From assembly GCA_964425005.1 (NCBI GenBank), contig CAYRKT010000001.1:77980-141979 (forward strand): 64,000 nt of DNA, in the 5' to 3' direction. Below the pieces are notes generated by a model that saw only the letters and a program-made list of their open reading frames with translations, was not told the DNA's origin and made no database searches. The position numbers and the translations under genes were made by a program. The number at the start of each line of letters is the position of its first letter. Position 1 is the stretch's first letter. Shown here one piece after another: positions 1 to 8,239 of this stretch. The stretch is from an uncultured Synergistia bacterium (GTDB lineage Bacteria; Synergistota; Synergistia; CAYRKT01).

Positions 1-156
1 TCGGTTATGTAGACCGTGAAGACCTTGGGGTAAACCGCTTGGATGACGCCGTGCTTCTCTTCCTGCTTTCTGCGCCCTTTGACGGTCCTTATGCGGACGG
101 TCTCACCGAGGTGGCAGGCTATCTGGTCCCTTATGCGAGCGAGGTTGGAGTACATG
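1..156 (-). CDS. veg: Veg-like small protein, partial (C-terminus lies beyond the window start)
   Basis: Minus-strand translation MYSNLARIRDQIACHLGETVRIRTVKGRRKQEEKHGVIQAVYPKVFTVYITE resembles B. subtilis Veg (..[28 protein letters not shown]..). AAGGGG RBS 9 nt before the ATG at 154-156. The ORF runs off the window edge. Confidence 0.6.
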
Positions 157-195
157 ACATCAACCCCTTGCAGGGATTCTATCGAGCCCAGAGAC

Positions 196-224
196 ATTAT
201 ACCGACTTTTGTTTAAAAATTCAA
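196..224 (-). promoter_or_regulatory. Near-consensus sigma-A-type promoter for veg: -35 TTGAAT (219-224), 17-nt spacer, -10 TATAAT (196-201)
   Basis: Minus-strand sequence reads TTGAATttttaaacaaaagtcggTATAATgtctc. The ATG that overlaps the -10 at 195-197 is therefore not a start codon. AT-rich island in an otherwise GC-rich sequence. Confidence 0.55.
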
Positions 225-294
225 CGTCCTTTCTCCCCTAAGACTCCAGAGGCCTTAAGGGTGCATGCACCTCGTGCCGCCCCGCCAGGTGAGA

Positions 295-300
295 TATAAT
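295..300 (+). promoter_or_regulatory. Candidate -10 hexamer TATAAT upstream of the alcohol dehydrogenase gene (no good -35)
   Basis: gagaTATAATttt lies 62 nt upstream of the ATG at 363; AGGAGG RBS at 348-353. No recognisable -35 element. Confidence 0.3.
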
Positions 301-362
301 TTTAGAGCTCGCGAGTCGAGCCCGAGCGCGCATCGCTTGCTTCTCGCAGGAGGTAATGGACC

Positions 363-1535
363 ATGTATCTTTTTCGCATGCACGTGGCCGGTAAGGCTGT
401 GTTCGGACCTGGAAGCCTGAGGGAGCTGCCCTCGGTGTTGGAATCGTTGGGGGTAAAGAGGCCTTTCCTGGTGACCGACGAGAACATGGTGAAGCTGAGG
501 CACGCGGATAGGGTCTTTGAGGTCCTGAGGGAGGCCAAGCTCGAGCCAGTCGGGGTTTTCGACGGGGTAGAGCCTGAGCCCTCCGTGGAGACCACAGACG
601 CGGCGGCTGAGATGGCCAGGGCCTCCGGGTGCGACGGCGTCATAGGCCTTGGCGGGGGTAGTTGTATGGACGTGGCCAAGGCGGTGGCGGTCCTGGTGAA
701 GAACGAGGGTTCGGCCGCGGACTATCAGGGCCTCGACCTGGTGAAGAAACCGGGTGTCCCGAAGGTCATGATACCCACCACGGCCGGCACGGGAAGCGAG
801 GTCACCTTCACGGCGGTCCTCACCAGGAAGAGGGATGGGGTTAAGGCCGGCATAAACGATCCGAAGTTGTTCCCCGAGGCCTGCGTCCTGGACCCCGAGT
901 TGACCCTGAGCATGCCGCCCCGGGTGACCGCCTCGAGCGGCATGGACGCGCTGGTCCACGCCCTGGAGTCCTTCGTGTCCAGATCTTCCTCGCCTTTCTC
1001 CGAGATGTTCTCCCTCAAGGCCATAGAGATGATAGCTCGTTGGATATACAAGGCCACCTATTGTCCGAGAGACCTGGAGGCCCGCTCTCAGATGCTCCTG
1101 GCCTCCTACTACGGGGGGATAGCCCTGGCCAACGCTGGGGTAGGCCTCTGTCACTCCCTAGCGTATCCCCTAGGCAGCGACCTCGGGGTGCCCCATGGGG
1201 TAGCCAACGCGCTCCTGATCCCATACGTGGTGGATTACAACTGTCTGGCCGAGGTGGAGAAGTACTCGCTGGTCTTCGACGCGCTCTTGGGACAGAGGCG
1301 AGACGACATGTCCAGGTTAGAGAAGGCCAGGAGCTGTGCGGATCTCCTGTTGGAGATGGTGGAGGCACTGGGTCTGCCCACCACTTTATCTGCGCTAGGG
1401 GTCGGAGCAAACCTGGATGACTCCGCCATCGAGAGGCTGGCCCAAAAGGCCATGGCCGTTAAACGCCCCATAGAGAACAACCCGAGGACCCCATCCCTAG
1501 AGGACTGCGTCGAGATCTACAAGAAGGCCCTTTAG
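363..1535 (+). CDS. Iron-containing (group III) alcohol dehydrogenase
   Basis: GGGSCMDVAKAVAV glycine-rich NAD-binding motif and overall Fe-ADH family layout; 390 aa; AGGAGG RBS. Confidence 0.85.
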   Translation: MYLFRMHVAGKAVFGPGSLRELPSVLESLGVKRPFLVTDENMVKLRHADRVFEVLREAKLEPVGVFDGVEPEPSVETTDAAAEMARASGCDGVIGLGGGSCMDVAKAVAVLVKNEGSAADYQGLDLVKKPGVPKVMIPTTAGTGSEVTFTAVLTRKRDGVKAGINDPKLFPEACVLDPELTLSMPPRVTASSGMDALVHALESFVSRSSSPFSEMFSLKAIEMIARWIYKATYCPRDLEARSQMLLASYYGGIALANAGVGLCHSLAYPLGSDLGVPHGVANALLIPYVVDYNCLAEVEKYSLVFDALLGQRRDDMSRLEKARSCADLLLEMVEALGLPTTLSALGVGANLDDSAIERLAQKAMAVKRPIENNPRTPSLEDCVEIYKKAL

Positions 1536-1565
1536 AGGGCCGATCTCCCTCGGAGGTGAAAGTCG

Positions 1566-2771
1566 ATGCCCGGCAGCGAGTTGTTCGACGAGCAGGAGAT
1601 AGAGGCGCTGGCTGAGGTCATAAGGAGGAAGGTGGTCCACCGCTACGCCTTCCAGGCCGAAAGGGGTGGTAGGTACCTGGTGGAGGAGTTCGAACAGGCC
1701 GTAGCCCAGAGGTTCGGCGTGAAGAGGGCCCACGCGGTTTCCTCCGGGTCTGCGGCTCTGCTCGTGGCCATGAGGGCCTTCGGCCTGGGACCCGGGGACG
1801 AGGTCATAACCACGCCCTTCACCTTCGTAGCCAGCGTAGAGGCCGTGCTGGAGTGCGGCGCCATCCCGGTGCTGGCTGAGATAGACGAGAGCTTGAACCT
1901 AGACCCATCCTCGGTGGAGTACCTGGTGACTGAGCGGACTAAGGCCATAATGCCCGTACACATGTTCGGCTCTTGCGCCGATATGGATGCCATAACATCC
2001 ATAGCCAGGAAGCACGGGCTTTACGTCTTCGAGGACGCCTGTCAGGCTATGGGCGCCACCTACAAGGGACATCCAGCGGGGAGCATGGGTTACTTCGGCA
2101 CCTATAGCCTCGATCCCTATAAGGTGATAACTACCGGCGAGGGAGGCGTGATCACCACCAACGACGAGGACTTCTACAGGCGCTGCGAGTACTTCTCGGA
2201 CCACGGCCACGTCCACAACCACGCCATAGACAGAGGGGCCGAGGACAAGGCTTGTCTGGGCTTCAACTACAGGATGTCGGAGCTCCAGGGCGCACTCGGC
2301 CTGGTTCAGCTCAAGAAGCTCGACAGGGCTATCCAGCTCCTGAGGGAAAACAAGAGGAGGATATTGAACAACGTGGGGAAGATAGACGGCTTGAAGCTCA
2401 GGAAGCACGCCGATCCCGAGGGTGAGATAGCCACTCAGCTCGTCTTCATATTGCCCGACGCCGAATCCGCCAGGAGGTTCCAGAGGGCCTCAGCCCAGAG
2501 CGGGGCGCCCTGTGGGATACTGTCGAACAACCTCTGGCACTTCGTGAACAACTGGCAGCACCTGAGGGACAGGAGGACCTACGGCAGGAAGTGCCCCTTC
2601 GAGTGTCCCTACAACGAGGGCAGCTGGCCGACCTACAGGCCGGTGGAATACCCGCAGTCCACGGACGCCCTGAGCAGATCGGTGGTATACGGGCTCAAGA
2701 TCCTCATGAGCGAGCAGGAGATAGAGAGGATCTCAGAGGCGATCTCTAGGGCTGCCAAGGAGGCCCTCTGA
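1566..2771 (+). CDS. DegT/DnrJ/EryC1/StrS-family PLP-dependent aminotransferase
   Basis: N-terminal fold-type I pattern (..VSSGSAALLVAMRA..GDEVITTPFTFVAS..), lysine-containing segment SLDPYKVITTGEGGVITTND. GGAGGTGA RBS. Starts 30 nt after the alcohol dehydrogenase stop, so probably co-transcribed. Confidence 0.85.
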   Translation: MPGSELFDEQEIEALAEVIRRKVVHRYAFQAERGGRYLVEEFEQAVAQRFGVKRAHAVSSGSAALLVAMRAFGLGPGDEVITTPFTFVASVEAVLECGAIPVLAEIDESLNLDPSSVEYLVTERTKAIMPVHMFGSCADMDAITSIARKHGLYVFEDACQAMGATYKGHPAGSMGYFGTYSLDPYKVITTGEGGVITTNDEDFYRRCEYFSDHGHVHNHAIDRGAEDKACLGFNYRMSELQGALGLVQLKKLDRAIQLLRENKRRILNNVGKIDGLKLRKHADPEGEIATQLVFILPDAESARRFQRASAQSGAPCGILSNNLWHFVNNWQHLRDRRTYGRKCPFECPYNEGSWPTYRPVEYPQSTDALSRSVVYGLKILMSEQEIERISEAISRAAKEAL

Positions 2772-2781
2772 GCGCGCCAGG

Positions 2782-2828
2782 TCCCCGGAGGCTGAGCTAC
2801 GTCCTCGATGTGGGAGCCCCAGCCTCCG
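2782..2828 (+). terminator. GC-rich stem-loop 3' of the aminotransferase gene (11-bp stem ccccggaggctg / cagcctccggg, 24-nt loop), no T-run
   Basis: Inverted repeat starting 11 nt after the stop codon. Lacks a U-tract, so at best a weak or Rho-assisted terminator or an RNA-stability element. Confidence 0.25.
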
Positions 2829-3189
2829 GGACTCAACGTTACATAACATATATTATCAGACACTTTTTCGCTGTCCTCTCGCCCAGGGCGTCGGCGCATC
2901 CTCCTGGGCCTTCGATGAGGATAAACCCTGCGGACAGGCCTTCTTCGCGCGAGCGCATCCCTTCGCCCATCCCTCGATCTGAGCGGCCTTCATCTCGACG
3001 GAAGGATTTAGCGGCGTAAGGGCTTTCTGGGTACCCGAAAGGGTTGCGCAAAAGTACATCCTGCGCTGGGCCGAGGACGTTAGCGCACATACCCATTCAA
3101 AACAAGCGCTGGTCCAGCAATACTTCGAAGCGCTTCGTTCGTTTCTCCCGTGCCCTTCGAGGAAGCAGGGCGAAGGGGCCCCCTTCGCC

Positions 3190-4461
3190 CTACCTCCTCA
3201 GGTTCGCTGCAACGAACAGGACCAGAGCTGTGAGGAAGATGGGAGATCCCGCAGAACCGATCGAGCAACCTCCGCCTTCCTCCCAGCCAAGAGAAGGATC
3301 GCTGGAGGGTAACGGTTGCAGGAAGGCGAACTCCTCACAGGCGGCAGCATAGTCCCATATGACCCACTCGCCGAGATCCTCCCCCCCGAGGGTGAGCAGG
3401 CCCGAAAGACCTCCCCAGAGGTCGGTCCTTCCCGCGACACTGCCGTCCAGGAGCGCCTCCCCCCAGGCCCTGATCAGGCGGTCGGAGTCCATCCCCCTCT
3501 TCTTCAGGGCCTCGACGAGGTACGCCACGTCGCAAAGACTGTGGGTGTCGTACTTCGGCATTCTCCTCGTCGCTTCTTCGATGGCCTCGATGAGCCCATC
3601 CCGATCCCTCTGGGCCATCTCCCTGAGGACCTGGAGGACCGCCTTCATCCTGGCAGGCCTGAATATGGTCTGGATCATGGCGAGGGCCGCACTTTCTCCA
3701 CCCTCTTTCCTCTTCCACTCCACCATCCACCTGGGGACTTCTTCGCCGCTAGCTGCATTTTTCCAGTAAAGGGAGCCCCAGTAGGTGCTCCTTGTCGGAT
3801 CTCCGCTCACGATCCACCCCCAGGCCTGGACCCAGGGGGCTATCCCCTCCATGGCCGAGAGGGTTTCGGGAACGGCCGAGAGGCAGGAGCTAAGCACGAG
3901 GAAGTCCACTCCCCCTCTTTCTCTTATTGCCTCCGCGATGGCCTTCCACCGCTTCGGCGTCCCGTCCTCGAACCCGGGCAGGGGAAGTCCCACCCCTCGC
4001 CAGCCACCGCCATGGCTCTCGAAAACGAGAAAGACCTTCTTCCCGGGGGCCATCCTTCGAACCCAATCCAGGGCGTCGACGAAGACCCCGGGGTCGAGAG
4101 GGTCCATCTGCCCAGCGGGGGAAAGCCTTTCCACCTCCTCCCACCTTCCAACCCCGTAGGGCCTGCCCGATGGGCCGCGGGCGGACGACTCCAGAACCCC
4201 CCTCGACCTGACCACAGGCGCGTCTTCGGAGTATGGGAAGTACTGAAGGTAGACATCTATGCCGTTCGCCAGAGCCATCCCGATGTGGTTGTACTCTATC
4301 CCCTCTCTCCTTCCCTTTGAAATGAGATATTCCGGAACAACTTCAAACCCATCCCCTATGAAGTAGTGCAGGATGACCCACTCCTCCTGCGCGAGCGCCA
4401 CCCCCGCGGCACACGAGAGGGCCACCAGCGCAAGGAGCACGGCTTTCAACCCCTTCTTCAT
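3190..4461 (-). CDS. Secreted clan CD cysteine peptidase, clostripain (C11)-like
   Basis: N-terminal signal peptide MKKGLKAVLLALVALSCAAGVALA. Candidate catalytic His in FLVFESHGGGW and catalytic Cys about 45 aa downstream in FLVLSSCLSAVPE, the His-Gly ... Cys arrangement of C11/caspase-fold peptidases. 423 aa. Confidence 0.55.
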   Translation of the reverse strand: MKKGLKAVLLALVALSCAAGVALAQEEWVILHYFIGDGFEVVPEYLISKGRREGIEYNHIGMALANGIDVYLQYFPYSEDAPVVRSRGVLESSARGPSGRPYGVGRWEEVERLSPAGQMDPLDPGVFVDALDWVRRMAPGKKVFLVFESHGGGWRGVGLPLPGFEDGTPKRWKAIAEAIRERGGVDFLVLSSCLSAVPETLSAMEGIAPWVQAWGWIVSGDPTRSTYWGSLYWKNAASGEEVPRWMVEWKRKEGGESAALAMIQTIFRPARMKAVLQVLREMAQRDRDGLIEAIEEATRRMPKYDTHSLCDVAYLVEALKKRGMDSDRLIRAWGEALLDGSVAGRTDLWGGLSGLLTLGGEDLGEWVIWDYAAACEEFAFLQPLPSSDPSLGWEEGGGCSIGSAGSPIFLTALVLFVAANLRR

Positions 4462-4499
4462 CCCCGAACCTCACCTCCTCCTCTCTTTCCGGATCCACC

Positions 4500-4916
4500 T
4501 CAGAAGCCCGGCACCCACCTGTAGATCGAATAAAGGCCGGATTCCTGATCCCTCCTGAGGGTGAACACCACGACCACCTTGCCCAGCCTGATCTCTGCCA
4601 GATGGACCAGCTGGTATCCCCGGGTGAACACCCTCTTCTTCGCCTCCGGGTTCTCCAGGAAATCGTTCACGTCCTCCAGGACCAGGAGGATCTCGCGGGC
4701 CCGGGGGAGCCTGTGGCCGGAGAAGTGAATACACACAGAATCCCCCCACTCCCACCCCTTCTTCCTGGTCCTCTCCATGAGCTCCTTCAGCTCAGCCCCA
4801 TGATCTCCTCCGGGGCGAACCCCGAACACGGGGATGATGGGTCCCGTCTCCTCCTGCACTTCCTCCCTCAGCTCCTCCTTCACCTTCCCCACTCCTGTCT
4901 TCTCATCCACTTCCAT
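4500..4916 (-). CDS. UmuD-like S24 peptidase-domain protein (LexA C-terminal domain homologue without a DNA-binding domain)
   Basis: PIIPVFGVRPGGDHGAEL matches the LexA/UmuD linker (VPLLGRVAAGSPILAEE). GDSVCIHFSGHRL..ILLVLED matches GDSM..I.DGDLL. KRVFTRGYQLVHL matches the LexA VTVKRLKKQGNKVELL segment holding the catalytic Lys. Start at MEVDEK (ATG 4914-4916) preceded by AAAGGAGGTGA. About 138 aa. Confidence 0.6.
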   Translation of the reverse strand: MEVDEKTGVGKVKEELREEVQEETGPIIPVFGVRPGGDHGAELKELMERTRKKGWEWGDSVCIHFSGHRLPRAREILLVLEDVNDFLENPEAKKRVFTRGYQLVHLAEIRLGKVVVVFTLRRDQESGLYSIYRWVPGF

Positions 4917-4986
4917 CACCTCCTTTCCTCCCTTCCCCTGCCTTTTCGTGCGGCGGTGGGTCACCCCCTTTCGGTTAGAAGAAGCC

Positions 4987-5376
4987 TCAAACTCCCCTCC
5001 TGCTCCCTTTGGAGAGCAGGTCCAGGTCTTCTAGGACTCCTATCTCCAGATCCTCCTCCTTGGCCCTGTCGCTCCCGGTGAGGAGCCCCTTACCCTCCAG
5101 CCCCTTCAGCTTCAGCGACCTCGCTCGGATCGACCGCTTCGCGTTCGCCCGTCTTGTCGCCGGAGGCCTCCTCACTGTCGCGGCAGTCCCCGTAGTCGCA
5201 GCTGAAGCAACCCCTTCAGGAAGAGGCCTAACGGGAGCTAACTGCACCCAGGATGGCATGGGGAGGTAGCTCTGGAGGACTGAGCTCTCCTGAGCCAGCT
5301 TCTTCCCTAACGCCCGCTGGGTCTTCGCCAAGATAAGCTCGAAGAGAATCCTTTCCGCACACCCGATCTCCCCCAT
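4987..5376 (-). CDS. Hypothetical protein with a possible helix-turn-helix N-terminus and an Ala/Thr/Arg-rich low-complexity middle
   Basis: ORF MGEIGCAERILFELILAKTQRALGKKLAQESSVLQ.. lies downstream of a candidate promoter. No confident family match from sequence alone. Sits 70 nt upstream of the UmuD-like gene on the same strand. Confidence 0.35.
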   Translation of the reverse strand: MGEIGCAERILFELILAKTQRALGKKLAQESSVLQSYLPMPSWVQLAPVRPLPEGVASAATTGTAATVRRPPATRRANAKRSIRARSLKLKGLEGKGLLTGSDRAKEEDLEIGVLEDLDLLSKGSRRGV

Positions 5377-5407
5377 CCCCTTCGGGGAGAGCCTGCCTGT
5401 GCTATAT

Positions 5408-5435
5408 ATTATCTTCCCCATCCATTTTAATACAA
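5408..5435 (-). promoter_or_regulatory. Candidate sigma-70 promoter: -35 TTGTAT, 16-nt spacer, -10 GATAAT, inside an AT-rich island
   Basis: Minus-strand sequence reads TTGTATtaaaatggatggggaaGATAATatatag. The next ATG (5376) lies about 25 nt downstream of the predicted transcription start. Confidence 0.35.
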
Positions 5436-5787
5436 TTGCTTTCAAGCTGTAATTAGCATATCTGGGCCCATCCCTTTCATCCCTGGGCTTGTGCTCAGCC
5501 GGTACCATCCCCCTGGCGTCTCAGGGCGAGGGGGTTGAGAAAACTTTGCCCCCACCTGGCGCAGGCGGGGGCGGGGGGAAATACATCCGGGTCTCGATCT
5601 TCGAGGCTTTGCGCAGAAGGATCAGGTTATACTCCTCGACGAGGTAAACCCTCCTCCATCCGCATGCCCTTCAGGGCCATCGAATACATGTCATCAGACA
5701 CAAAGACCAGCGGCGAAAGGCTCTCCGACTGGAGTCAAGGTCTGGCGCCGTGCGGCGCGCGAGCCTCTATGAAATTTCGGCTGGAAC

Positions 5788-6138
5788 TCAATGGAGCTTC
5801 TCCCTGGGCGCGTCCTTCCAGATCCTCTCTATGTCGTAGAAGGTTCGGCCCTCGAAGCTGAAGATGTGAACCACCAGATCTCCCAGGTCCACCAGCGTCC
5901 AGTTGGGGCTGTCGAGGCCTTCCACGAAGATCTGGATTTCGGGATCTAGCCTTTCCAGCGTCTCCTTCACGTGCAGGGCTAAGGTCCTCATGTGGTTCTC
6001 CGAGTTGCCAGTGGCTATAACGAAGTAATCGGTCCAGCTACAAACGCCCTTGAGGTTTAGGACGACCACGTCCTCCCCCTTCTTCTCGAGGAGAGCCTCC
6101 ACCACCGCCGACTTCAAAGCGTCGCTCTCGAGAGCCAT
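5788..6138 (-). CDS. rsfS: Ribosomal silencing factor RsfS (Iojap)
   Basis: VVLNLKGVCSWTDYFVIATGNSENHMRTLALHV..LVDLGDLVVHIFSFEGRTFYDIERIW is a typical RsfS signature; 116 aa. Confidence 0.85.
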   Translation of the reverse strand: MALESDALKSAVVEALLEKKGEDVVVLNLKGVCSWTDYFVIATGNSENHMRTLALHVKETLERLDPEIQIFVEGLDSPNWTLVDLGDLVVHIFSFEGRTFYDIERIWKDAPREKLH

Positions 6139-6196
6139 GAAGAGCTGGATCCCCTCCTTTCACATCATCACATCCAGCGAGAACACGCCAACAGGC

Positions 6197-7558
6197 CTAC
6201 CTCGAACCCCTTTTTCGCTCGTCGATAGCCCCCAGGACCCTCTCGAAGTCCGCCCCAACTATCAGCTTCAAGAGCCTGGGGTCTCCTCCTTCCTCCCTCC
6301 TCACCAGAGCCCTGGGAACCCCTACCAGCTCGGACAAGATCAAGGCCTCCTCCACCGCCTCCTCCGACCCATACAGCACCAGGGAGCTCTTGTAGTCGAA
6401 ATGTTTGGCGTTGCCCACCTCCACCACCTGAAGCCCCAGCGCCCTAAGGGCCTCCCCCACCCTCATCGCAGCGCCCCTTACTCCGCTGCCGTTCAGCACC
6501 GCTATGGGCCTCTTCACCGGAAGGAGCTTGAGGGCGCCTGTTTCGCCCGTCGAGTCAGCCGAAGAGATCGTCTCCCCTTCGGCGGCCTCCTCCGAGACGA
6601 ACGCCTTCGAGAAGGCCTCGAGGTCCACCAACCAGTAGCTGGCTCCGTCTATGTAGGCCGCGTTGCCCGGGAGGGTGAAGGTCTTGAGGTTCTTAACGTT
6701 TCCCTCCCTGAAAAAGGAGGCTAAGGCCATGAGCTGGGCCATGGTCATGTCGGTCTCCACCAGCTCGAAAGCCTGCTTCACCAGGGATGGCAGCTTCAGT
6801 ATCACCTCGGGGGAGCTAAGCCTCTCCAGCAAAGCCCTGGCGAACTTCTGGTGCCTGCTTATCCTCCCTATGTCGCCCATGGCGTCCATCCTGAACCTGA
6901 CGTACTGAAGGGCCTTCTCCCCGTTCAACCACTGCTCCCCCTTGGGTATGTCTATGTAAAGACCTCCGGCCCTGTCGACGTAGCGCATGTGCTTCTCCAC
7001 GTCTATCCTGACCCCACCGAGCGAGTCGACGAACTTCACGAAGGCAGCGTAGTCCAGCACCACGTGGTAGTCCACCGGGAGGTTGAGCATGTTCACCACG
7101 GTCTTCCTCAAAAGCCCTATGCCGCCGTAGGCGTAGGCGCTGTTTATCTTCCTCCAACCCTTGCCCTCCACGTAGGCCCTGGTATCGCGGGGGATGGAAA
7201 CCAGCACAACGCGTCCCTTTCGGAGATCCACGTGCGCCAGCATTATGGCGTCCGCCCTGTGGCTGCCCTCCACCCTGTCTATGCCCACCACCAGCACGTT
7301 TATCTCCCTTTTCCCCTCCTGTTTACCTCCCTCCGCCTCGGATCCGAACAGGGTCTCCACGTCGGGCCTGTTGAAGGCCGCCAAAAACCTAAGCCCAAAG
7401 CCCAAGGAAACACCCACGAGGACGATCAACAGGAGGAGAGCGGCGATCCTGTAGTTAAACCTCCCGCCCCTCCTCCCATCCTCCCTTTCCGTCGTCAAGC
7501 CCTCGTCAGAAGCGAAGGCCTCGTCCTTCAGGTCAGGGTCGAACATGGAGACGCCCAT
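6197..7558 (-). CDS. LytR/CpsA/Psr (LCP) family cell-envelope phosphotransferase
   Basis: N-terminal transmembrane helix, then LCP core VLVVGIDRVEGSHRADAIMLAHVDLRKGRVVLVSIPRDTRAYV..INSAYAYGG and a C-terminal LytR_C-like domain. Confidence 0.8.
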   Translation of the reverse strand: MGVSMFDPDLKDEAFASDEGLTTEREDGRRGGRFNYRIAALLLLIVLVGVSLGFGLRFLAAFNRPDVETLFGSEAEGGKQEGKREINVLVVGIDRVEGSHRADAIMLAHVDLRKGRVVLVSIPRDTRAYVEGKGWRKINSAYAYGGIGLLRKTVVNMLNLPVDYHVVLDYAAFVKFVDSLGGVRIDVEKHMRYVDRAGGLYIDIPKGEQWLNGEKALQYVRFRMDAMGDIGRISRHQKFARALLERLSSPEVILKLPSLVKQAFELVETDMTMAQLMALASFFREGNVKNLKTFTLPGNAAYIDGASYWLVDLEAFSKAFVSEEAAEGETISSADSTGETGALKLLPVKRPIAVLNGSGVRGAAMRVGEALRALGLQVVEVGNAKHFDYKSSLVLYGSEEAVEEALILSELVGVPRALVRREEGGDPRLLKLIVGADFERVLGAIDERKRGSR

Positions 7559-7564
7559 CCCCCT

Positions 7565-8239
7565 TCAAAGCGCGTACAGGCGATGTTTGAATATGTAGAC
7601 CTCGACCAGGGGAGGAACCAGATACCTTATGGACTTGCCCTCCCTGACCCTCCTCCTCACCTCGGTGCTGGAGATCGAGAAGAGGGGGATCTCCAGAAGG
7701 ACCACCGAGCGCTTTACAGGTTCGGGCAACAGGTCCAGCTCGGAGGGGTCGTATCCAGGCCTGGTGACGGCTATAAAGGTGCACATCGAGGCCAGCCTCA
7801 GGGGCTCCTTCCAGGACATTATGCCCCTTATCGCGTCCATCCCTGTGATGAAGTAAAGCTCGGGCTCCAATCCCCTGGACCGAACGATCGCTTCCCTGAT
7901 CTCCCCCAGGGTGTCCACGGAATGGGTCGGATAACCCTTGCTGACCTCCAAGTCGGAGACCGAAAAGAAGGGATTATCGACCACCGCCAGTAGGGTCATC
8001 TGATACCTGTGGATCGGAGGGGCGATCTTCGAGAAGTCCTTGTGGGGCGGAACACCAGTGGGGACGAAGATCACCTCCTCCAAACCCATCGCCACCCTCG
8101 CCTCCTCGGCGGCCAGGAGGTGACCGTAGTGTATGGGATCGAAGGTTCCTCCCATCACCCCTATCCTAGTCCTCGAGATCCTCCTCGCCCCCCTCCCCCT
8201 CGGCCATTTGCTCCTCCGGCCAGAACTCGAAGTCCACAT
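7565..8239 (-). CDS. nadD: Nicotinate-nucleotide adenylyltransferase NadD (start codon uncertain; the maximal ORF overlaps the obg stop)
   Basis: RIGVMGGTFDPIHYGHLL HxGH nucleotidyltransferase motif. The maximal ORF starts 73 nt inside obg, and there is no canonical start between there and GTG/ATG at about 8153-8158. Confidence 0.8.
   Translation of the reverse strand: MWTSSSGRRSKWPRGRGARRISRTRIGVMGGTFDPIHYGHLLAAEEARVAMGLEEVIFVPTGVPPHKDFSKIAPPIHRYQMTLLAVVDNPFFSVSDLEVSKGYPTHSVDTLGEIREAIVRSRGLEPELYFITGMDAIRGIMSWKEPLRLASMCTFIAVTRPGYDPSELDLLPEPVKRSVVLLEIPLFSISSTEVRRRVREGKSIRYLVPPLVEVYIFKHRLYAL

Noticed and set aside
195-197. ATG that would extend Veg by 14 residues (MSLGSIESLQGVDV..)
   Set aside because: This ATG overlaps the TATAAT -10 box of the consensus promoter, so it should lie upstream of the transcription start. 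The downstream ATG at 154-156 has an RBS.
39-299. Plus-strand ORF of 86 aa at the window start
   Set aside because: It lies antisense to the veg-like gene and across the veg promoter, with no motif support. The minus-strand Veg homology is much stronger.
3140-3200. Possible SRP-RNA-like motif (gaggaagcagggcgaagg, reminiscent of GGAAGGAAGCAGCCAAGG)
   Set aside because: Only a short partial resemblance; the complementary domain IV strand and the conserved GNRA tetraloop context are missing. Better explained as a GC palindrome/terminator after the peptidase gene.
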